In this document: one piece after another, positions 50,758 through 59,662 of the stretch | Numbering within the stretch: position 1 is the stretch's first letter | Layout: every line of letters starts with the position of its first letter | Source: an uncultured Parcubacteria group bacterium | GTDB taxonomy: Bacteria > Patescibacteriota > Minisyncoccia > UBA6257 > 2-01-FULL-56-20 | DNA length: 64,000 bases | Assembly (NCBI GenBank): GCA_903944135.1 | Contig: CAJAQL010000016.1 | Coordinates: 1,903 to 65,902, forward strand | Reading direction: 5' to 3' | The notes under the pieces: model-generated | Seen by the model: the letters and a program-made list of their open reading frames with translations, nothing else | What the model was told of the DNA's origin: nothing | Databases searched by the model: none | Position numbers and translations under genes: made by a program

Positions 50758-52416
50758 ATGTCTTTTTTTAAGAAAATTTTTCTTGCGTTCACAAAACGGG
50801 AACGCGTCATATTTCTCGCAGCTGCCGGCATCGCACTGCTGAGCTTTTGCGTTTTTATTGTCATGCTTATCGCGGAAACAACGACGACCGTCCCGGCCAC
50901 GGGAGGCGAATATACGGAAGGCACCGTCGGACAACCGGAATACGTGAATCCCGTCACGGCATCCTCGGAAAGCGATCTTTCTATCGTAAAGATGGTGTAT
51001 AGCAATGTGCCCGACATCGCCGACGCAGTAACCTCTTCGCCTGATGGAAAAACGTGGACCGTCCGCCTGAAACCGAATCTCCACTGGCAGGACGGCGCAC
51101 AGCTTACGAGCGATGATGTTATTTTCACGGTTCAAAGCATTCAGAATCCTGATGCCCAGTCCCCGCTCGCCGCAAGCTGGAGCGGCATTGAAGTAAATCG
51201 CGCAAGCGAACTCGAGGTGCAATTCACGCTTCCCGCCCCTTATGCCTTTTTCGGCGATAACCTGAAAAATCTTTACATTATCCCGAAGCACGTGTTCGGC
51301 GACGTACCGCCGGGCAATTGGCGGCTCTCCGATTACAATCTGAAACCTGTCGGTAGCGGCCCTTATCAGTTCGCGTCGTACCATAAAAATTCGGATGGGT
51401 TCATCGACACGTATTCGCTCACTGCATGGAAGGGATCTTTTGCAAAACAACCGCTCATCCCGAATTTCACTTTCAATTTTTTCAGAAACGAGAGCGACCT
51501 GATCAAATCGTTCAATAGCGGCACGGTTGATGGATTCGAGCTTGCATCGCCGAGTGATATCGGAGCGATTGCGCGCCCCTATAACCTCTTCAGTTGGCGC
51601 ACAACGGATTATTATGCGATCTTCTTTAATCAAAGCACGAACGAAGCATTGCAGGATCCGGTCGTACGGCGCGCGCTTTCGCTCGCCATCGACCGGAATG
51701 ACCTTATCGCAAACGCCCTCGGAGGCAATGGTATTCCCGACAACGGCCCGATTCCGCCCGATGCAGCATATGCATCTCCCGACATCAACGACATAAACAT
51801 ATCAACAAGTTCCCTGGATCTTGCCGCAGCGACGCTTGATGCGGCGGGCTGGAAACTCGGAACGAACGGCGAGCGCGCGAAAAACGTGACTACTACGGCA
51901 TTCCCCCTTGATATAACGATCACGGTTCCTGATATTGATTTTCTCGTAAAAACGGCGGAAATCATCCAGGATCGCTGGCAAAGCATAGGGATATCGACCA
52001 CGATTGCGACCGACTCGCCCGAAAGCATCATGGATAACGTCGTGAACAATCGCAATTACGAAACCCTGCTTTTTGGAAATATCCTGGAACCGAGCTCCGA
52101 TCTCTATTCTTTCTGGGATTCCTCGGAACGATTCTCTCCGGGGCTGAATCTCTCAACCTATAGCAACCCGAACGTTGACGGCCTGATCGAAGCCGCACGG
52201 ACCACCATGAACGACGCATCCCGAACCGAAGATTTCGCCGAAGCCGAGAACGATATTTTCGTCGACGCGCCGGCCCTTTTCCTCTACTCAACGAACGACC
52301 TCTACGCCGCGGGCAAAAACATCCAAGGCATCGCTACGGGCACCCTCGATGATCCTTCCGATTATTCACGGGAAGTTCCCGATTGGTATCTCGAAACAAC
52401 GAGAGCATTAAAATAA
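50758..52416 (+). CDS. ABC transporter substrate-binding protein, family 5 (peptide/nickel, OppA/DppA-like)
   Basis: Signal anchor, then SBP_bac_5-like sequence through ~550 aa. The ORF-track start at 50725 is TTG; the ATG at 50758 (MSFFKKIF...) is preferred. No permease or ATPase genes are adjacent. Confidence 0.75.
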   Translation: MSFFKKIFLAFTKRERVIFLAAAGIALLSFCVFIVMLIAETTTTVPATGGEYTEGTVGQPEYVNPVTASSESDLSIVKMVYSNVPDIADAVTSSPDGKTWTVRLKPNLHWQDGAQLTSDDVIFTVQSIQNPDAQSPLAASWSGIEVNRASELEVQFTLPAPYAFFGDNLKNLYIIPKHVFGDVPPGNWRLSDYNLKPVGSGPYQFASYHKNSDGFIDTYSLTAWKGSFAKQPLIPNFTFNFFRNESDLIKSFNSGTVDGFELASPSDIGAIARPYNLFSWRTTDYYAIFFNQSTNEALQDPVVRRALSLAIDRNDLIANALGGNGIPDNGPIPPDAAYASPDINDINISTSSLDLAAATLDAAGWKLGTNGERAKNVTTTAFPLDITITVPDIDFLVKTAEIIQDRWQSIGISTTIATDSPESIMDNVVNNRNYETLLFGNILEPSSDLYSFWDSSERFSPGLNLSTYSNPNVDGLIEAARTTMNDASRTEDFAEAENDIFVDAPALFLYSTNDLYAAGKNIQGIATGTLDDPSDYSREVPDWYLETTRALK

Positions 52417-52585
52417 ACCACTCCATCCAAATAGTTGACTCCTCAAACAGCTCTATGCTATACTGAACTTTCGATTGAAATCAACTTTTTACTGCACGCT
52501 TTTTCTTTCTCACGGCCATGTCATTTCGAGCTTTGCGAAGGATCTTATCCGTAAAGATCCTTCCTAGAGCTCAGGATGATGGAAT

Positions 52586-52669
52586 GCCGAGGTGGCGGAA
52601 CTGGCAGACGCACTGGCTTCAGGTGCCAGCGGCCGCAAGGCCATAAGGGTTCGAGTCCCTTCCCCGGCA
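52586..52669 (+). tRNA. tRNA-Leu (anticodon CAG), type II with a long variable arm, no encoded CCA
   Basis: Acceptor GCCGAGG/CCCCGGC (one A·C mismatch), D-arm GGCGGAACTGGCAGACGC, anticodon arm CTGGC-TTCAGGT-GCCAG, variable arm CGGCCGCAAGGCCAT, T-arm AAGGG-TTCGAGT-CCCTT, discriminator A. Confidence 0.78.
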
Positions 52670-52955
52670 CGGATTTTCTGATATTCCGACACAGACCGGA
52701 ATTCGGATTGTTGAAAATTGTTTCATGAAAAGGAAATCAAAAGATTGTCGTATAGCGATAAAAACAATAACGACCGAAAAGGGCGTTCCAAAAAACTAAT
52801 CAATTTTCACGATTGAGCATTCGATCCCTGTCGGATGCCACAGGATGCCTCTCGGTAATTCGAAATAATGCTCACTACATCATCTTTGAGAACGCTTTAA
52901 AAAAATAAAAAAGATCCCCCTATAGGCGGGATGAATAAATTAAAAATAGAAATCT

Positions 52956-55115
52956 ATGGTAAAAAAAGGTAATAACGAATCAAATAAACCTAAAGACCCG
53001 TCCTTCGAAGCTTCGGCAAAGAAGGAACGGCCGCATATCAAACCGCCGGAGATCCGGCCACGGCCGAAGATGAGCGACGAACGCCGACGCGAATTATTGC
53101 GCCCGGTCCGCCGCTCCGCAGGAATCAACCAATCAACAAGCAACGGCCCGCACCCGCAGCGTCCCGTTGAAAACACCGGCAATGCTCGACCCGATGGGAA
53201 TGCCCATGGGCATCCAGCAGAGCACAACAATCCGCCGCGGCCTTTGCGCCATTTCTCGACCGAAGACCTTCATCGGCAGAACTTTGCCGGCGGTCATCTG
53301 CAGGGCTCGAACCATGCCCACCGACCCGTCACGAATGGATCACGGCAAGGAGGACGGCCCATGCCGCGCCCCTCGCGAGGAGGCTCATCTGAACTTGTCC
53401 ACAGCAATTTCGGCCAAGCCACCAAACCGAGTCCGGCGTCCCATAACAGAAATGAAGAGGCGCTCCGCCTTATTCCGCTCGGCGGACTCGAGGAGATCGG
53501 ACGCAATTGCTCGTTCTTCGAATATAAGAATGAGATCATTATTATTGATATCGGCCTCCAATTCCCCGAAGAGGAAACGCCAGGCATCGACTATATCATC
53601 CCGAACGTCTCGTATCTCGAAAAGCGGAAAGAAAATATCAGCGCGATCATCCTGACGCATGGCCACTATGATCACATCGGCGGCTTGCCGCACGTACTCG
53701 AAAAACTCGGCAATCCCCCGATCTACACGACCGGAATGACGAAAGCGATCATCGAAAAACGCCAGGAAGATTTTCCGAACGCGCCGAAGCTCCATGTGAT
53801 CACCGTCAAGAACGGCGACGACGTAAAGTTTTCGAATCATTTCACGGGACATTTCTTCGGCGTGCCGCACACCATACCGGAGTCATGCGGCGTGATGCTC
53901 AAAACGCCGATCGGCAATATCGTTCACTTTGGCGACTTCCGTATCGAATATGATGCCCAAGGCCGCGCGCAAGGACTGGAGGAGTTCGCAGAGATCGGGA
54001 AGATGGGAATCCATACCTTCCTGTGCGAAAGCACGAATGCCGATAAGCCCGGACGGTCGCTTTCAGAAGAAACGGTCGAGAAGCATCTCGATGAGATATT
54101 CTCCGCCGCAAAAGGACGGATCATCGTTGCAACGTTCGCGTCGCTCCTTGTCCGCGTCGCGGAGATCATCAGGATAGCCGAGAAGCTCAATCGCAAGGTT
54201 GCTCTTTCCGGCTACTCCATGAAAACGAACATCCAGATCGCACAGAACTTGGGCTATCTCAAGGCGAAGGAAGGGACCATCATCCCCATCGAAGACGCGC
54301 ATCGCGTGAAGGACGATCATCTTCTCGTCCTCTCGACCGGCGCACAGGGCGAATCGAACGCGAGCCTTATGAAGATCATCACCGGCGAGCACCGCCAGAT
54401 CAAGATCAAGCCGGGAGACACGCTCGTCCTGTCGTCATCGGTCATTCCGGGTAACGAAAGCAGCGTGCAGGTGGTAAAAGACAATTTAGCGCGGCAAGGG
54501 GCGATCATCTTCACCTCGAATCTTGTGGACATCCACGCTTCCGGGCATGCGCCAAAGGAGGATCTCCAACTCGCCATGAGCCTCATCAAGCCGAAGTTCC
54601 TGATGCCGGTCCACGGCTATTACTACCAGCGCAACGTGAACGCCCAGAATGCGATCGAGGCCGGTATCCCGCGGGAAAACATCCGCATGATGGACAACGG
54701 CCAGGTCGCCGAGCTCACCAAAGATGATTTCAAGATCACGGATGAAACTGTTCCCGCATTCTACGTCATGGTTGACGGTCTCGGCGTCGGCGACGTCGAA
54801 GAGGTCGTTCTGCGCGATCGCCGCGCTTTGGCGCAGGAAGGCATGATCGTCATTATCTCAACGATCAATCGCGACAAAGGAACGCTTATCAAGAATCCCG
54901 ACATCATCTCACGCGGGTTCATCTATCTCAAAGAAAATCAGGAGCTCGTCGACGAGATCCGTAAACGCGTAAAAGGACTCACTCAGCGCATTCCAAATTA
55001 CAAGGAGATCGATCCCGACTATCTGAAAACCTTGATCCGCGACCAGGTCGGCCAGTTTGTCTACAATAAGACCCGGCGGCGCCCCATGATATTGCCGGTG
55101 ATCATCGAGATATAA
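52956..55115 (+). CDS. rnj: Ribonuclease J, with a ~170 aa low-complexity basic/Pro/His-rich N-terminal extension
   Basis: Core LRLIPLGGLEEIGRNCSFFEY...ILTHGHYDHIGGLP (MBL), beta-CASP motifs and a C-terminal domain. The N-terminal 170 aa are disordered-looking (RPRPKMSDERRRELL...HGHPAEHNNPPRP). An alternative start exists at the internal MPRPSRGG. Confidence 0.88.
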   Translation: MVKKGNNESNKPKDPSFEASAKKERPHIKPPEIRPRPKMSDERRRELLRPVRRSAGINQSTSNGPHPQRPVENTGNARPDGNAHGHPAEHNNPPRPLRHFSTEDLHRQNFAGGHLQGSNHAHRPVTNGSRQGGRPMPRPSRGGSSELVHSNFGQATKPSPASHNRNEEALRLIPLGGLEEIGRNCSFFEYKNEIIIIDIGLQFPEEETPGIDYIIPNVSYLEKRKENISAIILTHGHYDHIGGLPHVLEKLGNPPIYTTGMTKAIIEKRQEDFPNAPKLHVITVKNGDDVKFSNHFTGHFFGVPHTIPESCGVMLKTPIGNIVHFGDFRIEYDAQGRAQGLEEFAEIGKMGIHTFLCESTNADKPGRSLSEETVEKHLDEIFSAAKGRIIVATFASLLVRVAEIIRIAEKLNRKVALSGYSMKTNIQIAQNLGYLKAKEGTIIPIEDAHRVKDDHLLVLSTGAQGESNASLMKIITGEHRQIKIKPGDTLVLSSSVIPGNESSVQVVKDNLARQGAIIFTSNLVDIHASGHAPKEDLQLAMSLIKPKFLMPVHGYYYQRNVNAQNAIEAGIPRENIRMMDNGQVAELTKDDFKITDETVPAFYVMVDGLGVGDVEEVVLRDRRALAQEGMIVIISTINRDKGTLIKNPDIISRGFIYLKENQELVDEIRKRVKGLTQRIPNYKEIDPDYLKTLIRDQVGQFVYNKTRRRPMILPVIIEI

Positions 55116-55395
55116 AATTGTCCGTAAAAAATATCGCAGGCCCAGAAGGTCTGCGATATTTTTTACTCAAGGAAAGATATTATTGAACCGTCGGCATGAG
55201 CGCGGAAACCATGATCCGCAAACCAATTTTATTCAAGATGAAAAGAAATATTAATTGATCAAATACTTGACTAATTATTTATAATTTGATATAAATATGC
55301 CAGATTTTTGGAAGTAACCCGAGAACAGCTCGACGTGCAATATCCCGCATATCGCCCGACGAGCTGTTCTCAGAGAGGACGGCCAGGAGAAGAAG

Positions 55396-55833
55396 ATGAT
55401 TTATTTGGTGGTTATCCTCGTTATCGCGCTGGTGATCTGTGTTCTGAAACTCAAGAACCGAACCGAGCAATACGCCAAGAACCTGGCGGCGGCAACCGCG
55501 CCAAAACCCTTCGGTCTCGAGCAGCTGAAAACCGTTGCCGAGCAAATCTCGCTCACCGCAGAAACAGTGCGCGCCGCGATCGTGGCAGCTACCGTAGCCG
55601 GCATGAAAAACTGCGTCGCCGGCGACATCAAGGCGAGACAATTAGCGATTGGACGCGACATTGCAAGCGCCAACGATCGCATCCATAACGGCGAGGCCGC
55701 GATCGAGAGCCTCAAACAGAGCATCTCCCGTGAACGCCACAACATTCAATTGTATGAAGCCGGCGATACATATCTGACGGAGATCGCCGCTCTTCTGCCT
55801 CCCGCACCAGCCGCCGAAAGCGAGAAGAAGTAA
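55396..55833 (+). CDS. Hypothetical single-TM protein with an Ala-rich helical domain
   Basis: 145 aa with N-terminal TM IYLVVILVIALVICVL. Confidence 0.4.
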   Translation: MIYLVVILVIALVICVLKLKNRTEQYAKNLAAATAPKPFGLEQLKTVAEQISLTAETVRAAIVAATVAGMKNCVAGDIKARQLAIGRDIASANDRIHNGEAAIESLKQSISRERHNIQLYEAGDTYLTEIAALLPPAPAAESEKK

Positions 55834-55856
55834 TTTCCTCCCGGCCACCGGCGGTC

Positions 55857-55893
55857 ACAGCCCACACCTGAAAGGTGTGGGCTGTTTCATTTT
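55857..55893. terminator. Bidirectional rho-independent terminator between the convergent genes 55396..55833 and ileS
   Basis: CAGCCCACACC-TGAAA-GGTGTGGGCTG followed by TTTCATTTTT. Confidence 0.75.
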
Positions 55894-55908
55894 TATAACC
55901 ATGCCTTT

Positions 55909-58900
55909 TTATAACTTCAGCAGGCCAACCCATGTTTCCTTGCCTTCCCACTTTCCGGATTCCTCAGCATCGAACTTTTCAGAACGGGTATAAAGAATGT
56001 TTTTGGCGCCGATATCAGCAAGAAAAACTTTTTCACTTGCGCGCAAAGCGTCGAGCGCCTCCTGGGGTGCAACGATAAAAATCGCAATTCTATCTTTCGG
56101 CTGAAGTTCCGCCTTCTGGCGAAGCTCCTGTGCCATGCGCGCGAAGTCGCGGCGAATGCCTTCCATGCGAAGTTCCGCCGTGATCACAATATCAAGCGAG
56201 ACATCGCCTTTTAGTTTCTTGTCAACCAATATCTTTTTGACATTCACTTCATCAGCAAGGATCTGTTCAACGCCCTTTTCAAGCTTGATGCCGATCGTCA
56301 TCGAGGCAAGCGGCTGGCGAACCTTGATCCCCGCCGCAACGCGTTTTGCGAGACCGAGCGTCGAAAAATCACGCACCATTTTCATGCCTGCGATCAATTT
56401 TTTATCGATTGCTTTTTTATCGATCACCGGCCATTCATCCAAATGCACGGATTCCTTCTTGCCGCCAAGCGCACCGTAAAGCGCTTCCGAGAAGAACGGC
56501 GTAAAGGGCGCCATGATCTTCACGAGCGAGAGCAGGACGAAACCGAGCGTTGCGGAAGCGGCCTCGTAATCCTTTTTGTCTTCGGGCCGCTGAAGCCGGC
56601 GCCGCGAACGGCGGATATACCAGCGCGAGAGATCGTCAACGAAGCCATCGATCTCAAGAGCCGCCTCGCGAACCTCGTACTTTTCCAATTTTTTCGTAAC
56701 GGCATCCGTCAGTTCATTGAGGCGCGCCGCGATCCAAAGGTCCAAAACATTTTTTGACTGCGTTTTTATTTTTGCGTTCTGATCCGCATACGTTTTCCAG
56801 AAAACGAACGAATTGTAAACAATGAGATGCATCTTGCGGAGCGTCTTGCCGACCTCCTCTTCGTCGAAGTTCTTCGGCTCGCCGAACGGCGTGCCGGTAT
56901 AGAAATACCAGCGCACCGCATCCGTGCCATACTTATCGATCACCGAGAACGGTTCAATGATATTCCCTTTGGATTTTGACATCTTGTTTCCGAACTTATC
57001 GTTCAGCAGTCCAAAAGTGATCACGTTGCGATAGGGCGCCGGATAGCCGAGCGCGGTCGAGATGGCAAGCATGGTATAGAACCAGCCGCGCAGCTGGTCC
57101 ATGCCCTCGGCGATATAATCGGCCGGGAACGGATAATCTTTCGTCATCGCCACCTGTTTCGATTTTCCTGATGTTTTTTTCGCACCTTCGAAGGGAAAAT
57201 GCATCTGTGCAAAAGGCATGGCGCCGGAGTCGTACCAGACATCCGCTACGGTCGGAACGCGCCGCAGAACGCCGCCGCATTTTTTACACGGCATCACGAT
57301 CTCGTCAACGAACGGACGATGGATATCCACTTCACCGCTGCCATTGCGCGGAACCATTTTCACCTTAAGCGGCTGTATTTCCGCAAAACCAAGAAAGTCA
57401 CGGCCGCGTTTCTCTTTTTCCGCGACTGCCCGCTTTTCGCTCCATGCTTCGCCGGACGTAAAAAGCATCCATGACGGATATTCATGCGTCACGATCAGGA
57501 TATTTTTGCCCTCATACTTCGCCTCGCAATCCTTCAAAAAATCCCAAACTCGCACGCGGACATCCCTGAGCGATTCTCCGCCTTCCGGTCGCGTCTCGAA
57601 ACGGGATTCGTAGGTCGGGAAATCCTTACTGTATTTCGCATCATGATTGCCGGCCAAGGTCGGTCCCAGATGGATCTCTTCAAGCCGCTTATCGAGCATA
57701 ACCTTTTCTCCCGCAAAGACCGACTCGTCAATTTCCTCCGTTTCGTGCGTCCGCGTCACATCTGACGCAATGATCATATCAAGCTTTATCTTCTTCGTTG
57801 CAAGTTCTTTCTTGAATTTTGTGATCGAAACAAGCACCTGCTTCCGGCCGCGCGGCGTGAGATGCAGATATTTCCGTTCGCCCGAATCAATGATGTCGAA
57901 CATATTGCTCTCCGCCTCGCCGTGCCGCATCACCCAATAACGATTCCTTGAACCGCCGACGAGATGATCCAGTTCATCCAATCCCCCGACCACTTCCCGG
58001 TGATCGCACTTCGCGCATTCCCAGATCGGCAGCGGGGCACCCCAATACCGTTCGCGTGAAAGGTTCCAATCTTTCGTTTCCCGCAGCCATTCTCCCATCC
58101 GGCCGTCGCGAATGTATTCCGGCATCCAATTGATGTTCTTGTTCCGCTCCAAAAGCTCGCCGCGCAATGTGCTCATGGCAATGAACCACGACGTACGCGC
58201 GTAGTACAAAAGCGCCGTGCCGCATCGCCAGCAATGCGGATATTCATGCTCGTACTTTTCCGTGCGCAGGAAGTTTCCGTTCCGCTTCAGGTGTTCGAAC
58301 ACTTTTTCGTCCGTGGCGTTCGATTTCGCATAGAGGCCCGCAAGTTCCGGAACGTCATCCGTGAATCTCCCTTCTTCGTTCACCGTATGATGTTCCGGTA
58401 ATCCGACTTTCTTGCCAAGCGCGTAGTCATCTTCGCCGTACATCACGGCTGTATGCACCACGCCCGTACCGTCGGTCGTCGTCACGAAATCTGCAGGATA
58501 AATCTTATAGGACTTTTCCGAGCGAAGCGGCCTTACGTCAAAGAGCGGCTCGTATGCAAGGCCAACAAGGTCATTTCCCTTGATATCGTCATGGACTATT
58601 TCTATGAGTTCATCTTTAAAAACGGTTTTTACGAGGTCACGCGCAACAATATAAAGCTCGTCGATCCCATGGATGCGGAATGCGGTGTATGATATTTTTT
58701 CACCCACTGCGAGCGCGACATTTCCCGGCAAGGTCCACGGCGTCGTGGTCCACGACAGAATATAAATCTTTTCATCGGTTGTGAAATCACTGATTTTTTG
58801 TCGCGCCTTCAATTTGAATTTCACATAGACCGAATTGTCCTGCACGAGTTTGTATCCCTGGGCCAGCTCGTGGGTTGAGAGCGCCGTACCGCACCGCGTG

Positions 58901-59532
58901 CACCACGAGATGATCTTATGCCCTTTATAAAGCAATCTCCTTTTTTCGATCTCCGCGAGCGACCACCAGACCGTCTCGATATATTCCGGCGCGTAGGTCA
59001 CGTAAGCATTCTTCAGATCAAGCCAGTAACCAATGCGCTCCGTAAGATGCTCCCACGCATCTTTGTAGATCCACACCTGTTCTTTTGCTTTTTCATTGAA
59101 CTTTTCGATGCCGTACGCTTCGATGTCTTTTTTCGACTTAAAGCCAAGCGCTTTTTCCGCAGCCATTTCGACCGGTAATCCATGCGTATCCCATCCCGCT
59201 CGGCGCGGAACGTGATAACCCCGCATCGTTTTATAGCGGAGCATCACGTCTTTCACGACACGCCCGATCACATGGTGCATTGCCGGCCGGCCATTTGCGT
59301 ACGGCGGCCCTTCGTAAAAAATGAAGTCCTTCTTGGCGCGGCCCCTGCCCTTTGGCGCATTTTTTGCAACCGATTTCTCGAATATCTGATGTTCTTTCCA
59401 AAACGCCAAAACCCTTTCTTCTGACTGTGGTAAATTGAACTCACTGGTCAAAAAATCCGGCCGCACAAAGACCGGCACTTTTTCATTCACCCGCCTCACC
59501 GATTTTGATTTTTTTAAGGATTTCCGTTGCAT
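55909..59532 (-). CDS. ileS: Isoleucyl-tRNA synthetase (type 2), carrying an internal ~205 aa histidine-phosphatase (PGAM-like) domain
   Basis: HIGH (PYANGRPAMHHVIG), editing CP1 domain, KMSKS (KMSKSKGN) and anticodon-binding domain. Between the Zn-knuckle region (IWECAKCDHREV) and HRPFVDEIVMPCKKCGG...DVWYDSG sits an extra domain, RYWVMRHGEAESN...TPRGRKQ...ILIVTHEYPSW, with RHG and later His motifs. Total 1207 aa, versus ~1040 typical. Confidence 0.9.
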   Translation of the reverse strand: MQRKSLKKSKSVRRVNEKVPVFVRPDFLTSEFNLPQSEERVLAFWKEHQIFEKSVAKNAPKGRGRAKKDFIFYEGPPYANGRPAMHHVIGRVVKDVMLRYKTMRGYHVPRRAGWDTHGLPVEMAAEKALGFKSKKDIEAYGIEKFNEKAKEQVWIYKDAWEHLTERIGYWLDLKNAYVTYAPEYIETVWWSLAEIEKRRLLYKGHKIISWCTRCGTALSTHELAQGYKLVQDNSVYVKFKLKARQKISDFTTDEKIYILSWTTTPWTLPGNVALAVGEKISYTAFRIHGIDELYIVARDLVKTVFKDELIEIVHDDIKGNDLVGLAYEPLFDVRPLRSEKSYKIYPADFVTTTDGTGVVHTAVMYGEDDYALGKKVGLPEHHTVNEEGRFTDDVPELAGLYAKSNATDEKVFEHLKRNGNFLRTEKYEHEYPHCWRCGTALLYYARTSWFIAMSTLRGELLERNKNINWMPEYIRDGRMGEWLRETKDWNLSRERYWGAPLPIWECAKCDHREVVGGLDELDHLVGGSRNRYWVMRHGEAESNMFDIIDSGERKYLHLTPRGRKQVLVSITKFKKELATKKIKLDMIIASDVTRTHETEEIDESVFAGEKVMLDKRLEEIHLGPTLAGNHDAKYSKDFPTYESRFETRPEGGESLRDVRVRVWDFLKDCEAKYEGKNILIVTHEYPSWMLFTSGEAWSEKRAVAEKEKRGRDFLGFAEIQPLKVKMVPRNGSGEVDIHRPFVDEIVMPCKKCGGVLRRVPTVADVWYDSGAMPFAQMHFPFEGAKKTSGKSKQVAMTKDYPFPADYIAEGMDQLRGWFYTMLAISTALGYPAPYRNVITFGLLNDKFGNKMSKSKGNIIEPFSVIDKYGTDAVRWYFYTGTPFGEPKNFDEEEVGKTLRKMHLIVYNSFVFWKTYADQNAKIKTQSKNVLDLWIAARLNELTDAVTKKLEKYEVREAALEIDGFVDDLSRWYIRRSRRRLQRPEDKKDYEAASATLGFVLLSLVKIMAPFTPFFSEALYGALGGKKESVHLDEWPVIDKKAIDKKLIAGMKMVRDFSTLGLAKRVAAGIKVRQPLASMTIGIKLEKGVEQILADEVNVKKILVDKKLKGDVSLDIVITAELRMEGIRRDFARMAQELRQKAELQPKDRIAIFIVAPQEALDALRASEKVFLADIGAKNILYTRSEKFDAEESGKWEGKETWVGLLKL

Positions 59533-59662
59533 ATCCTATAAAAATACCAGAAAAATGGGCAAATTTCAAAGTATCAATCCTTATAATATGCGTATATGAA
59601 TATATCAACATCATGGATCGATATTTGTCGCAGAAAGTTCAAAAATACGTTAAACTATCGCT

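Noticed and set aside
55400-55950. Overlapping ORFs 55279..55641 (minus), 55308..55688 (plus), 55401..55745 (minus) and 55712..55951 (minus) around the single-TM gene.
   Set aside because: They are alternative frames of the same region. Only 55396..55833 (plus) has an N-terminal TM and a sensible composition, and even that is low confidence.
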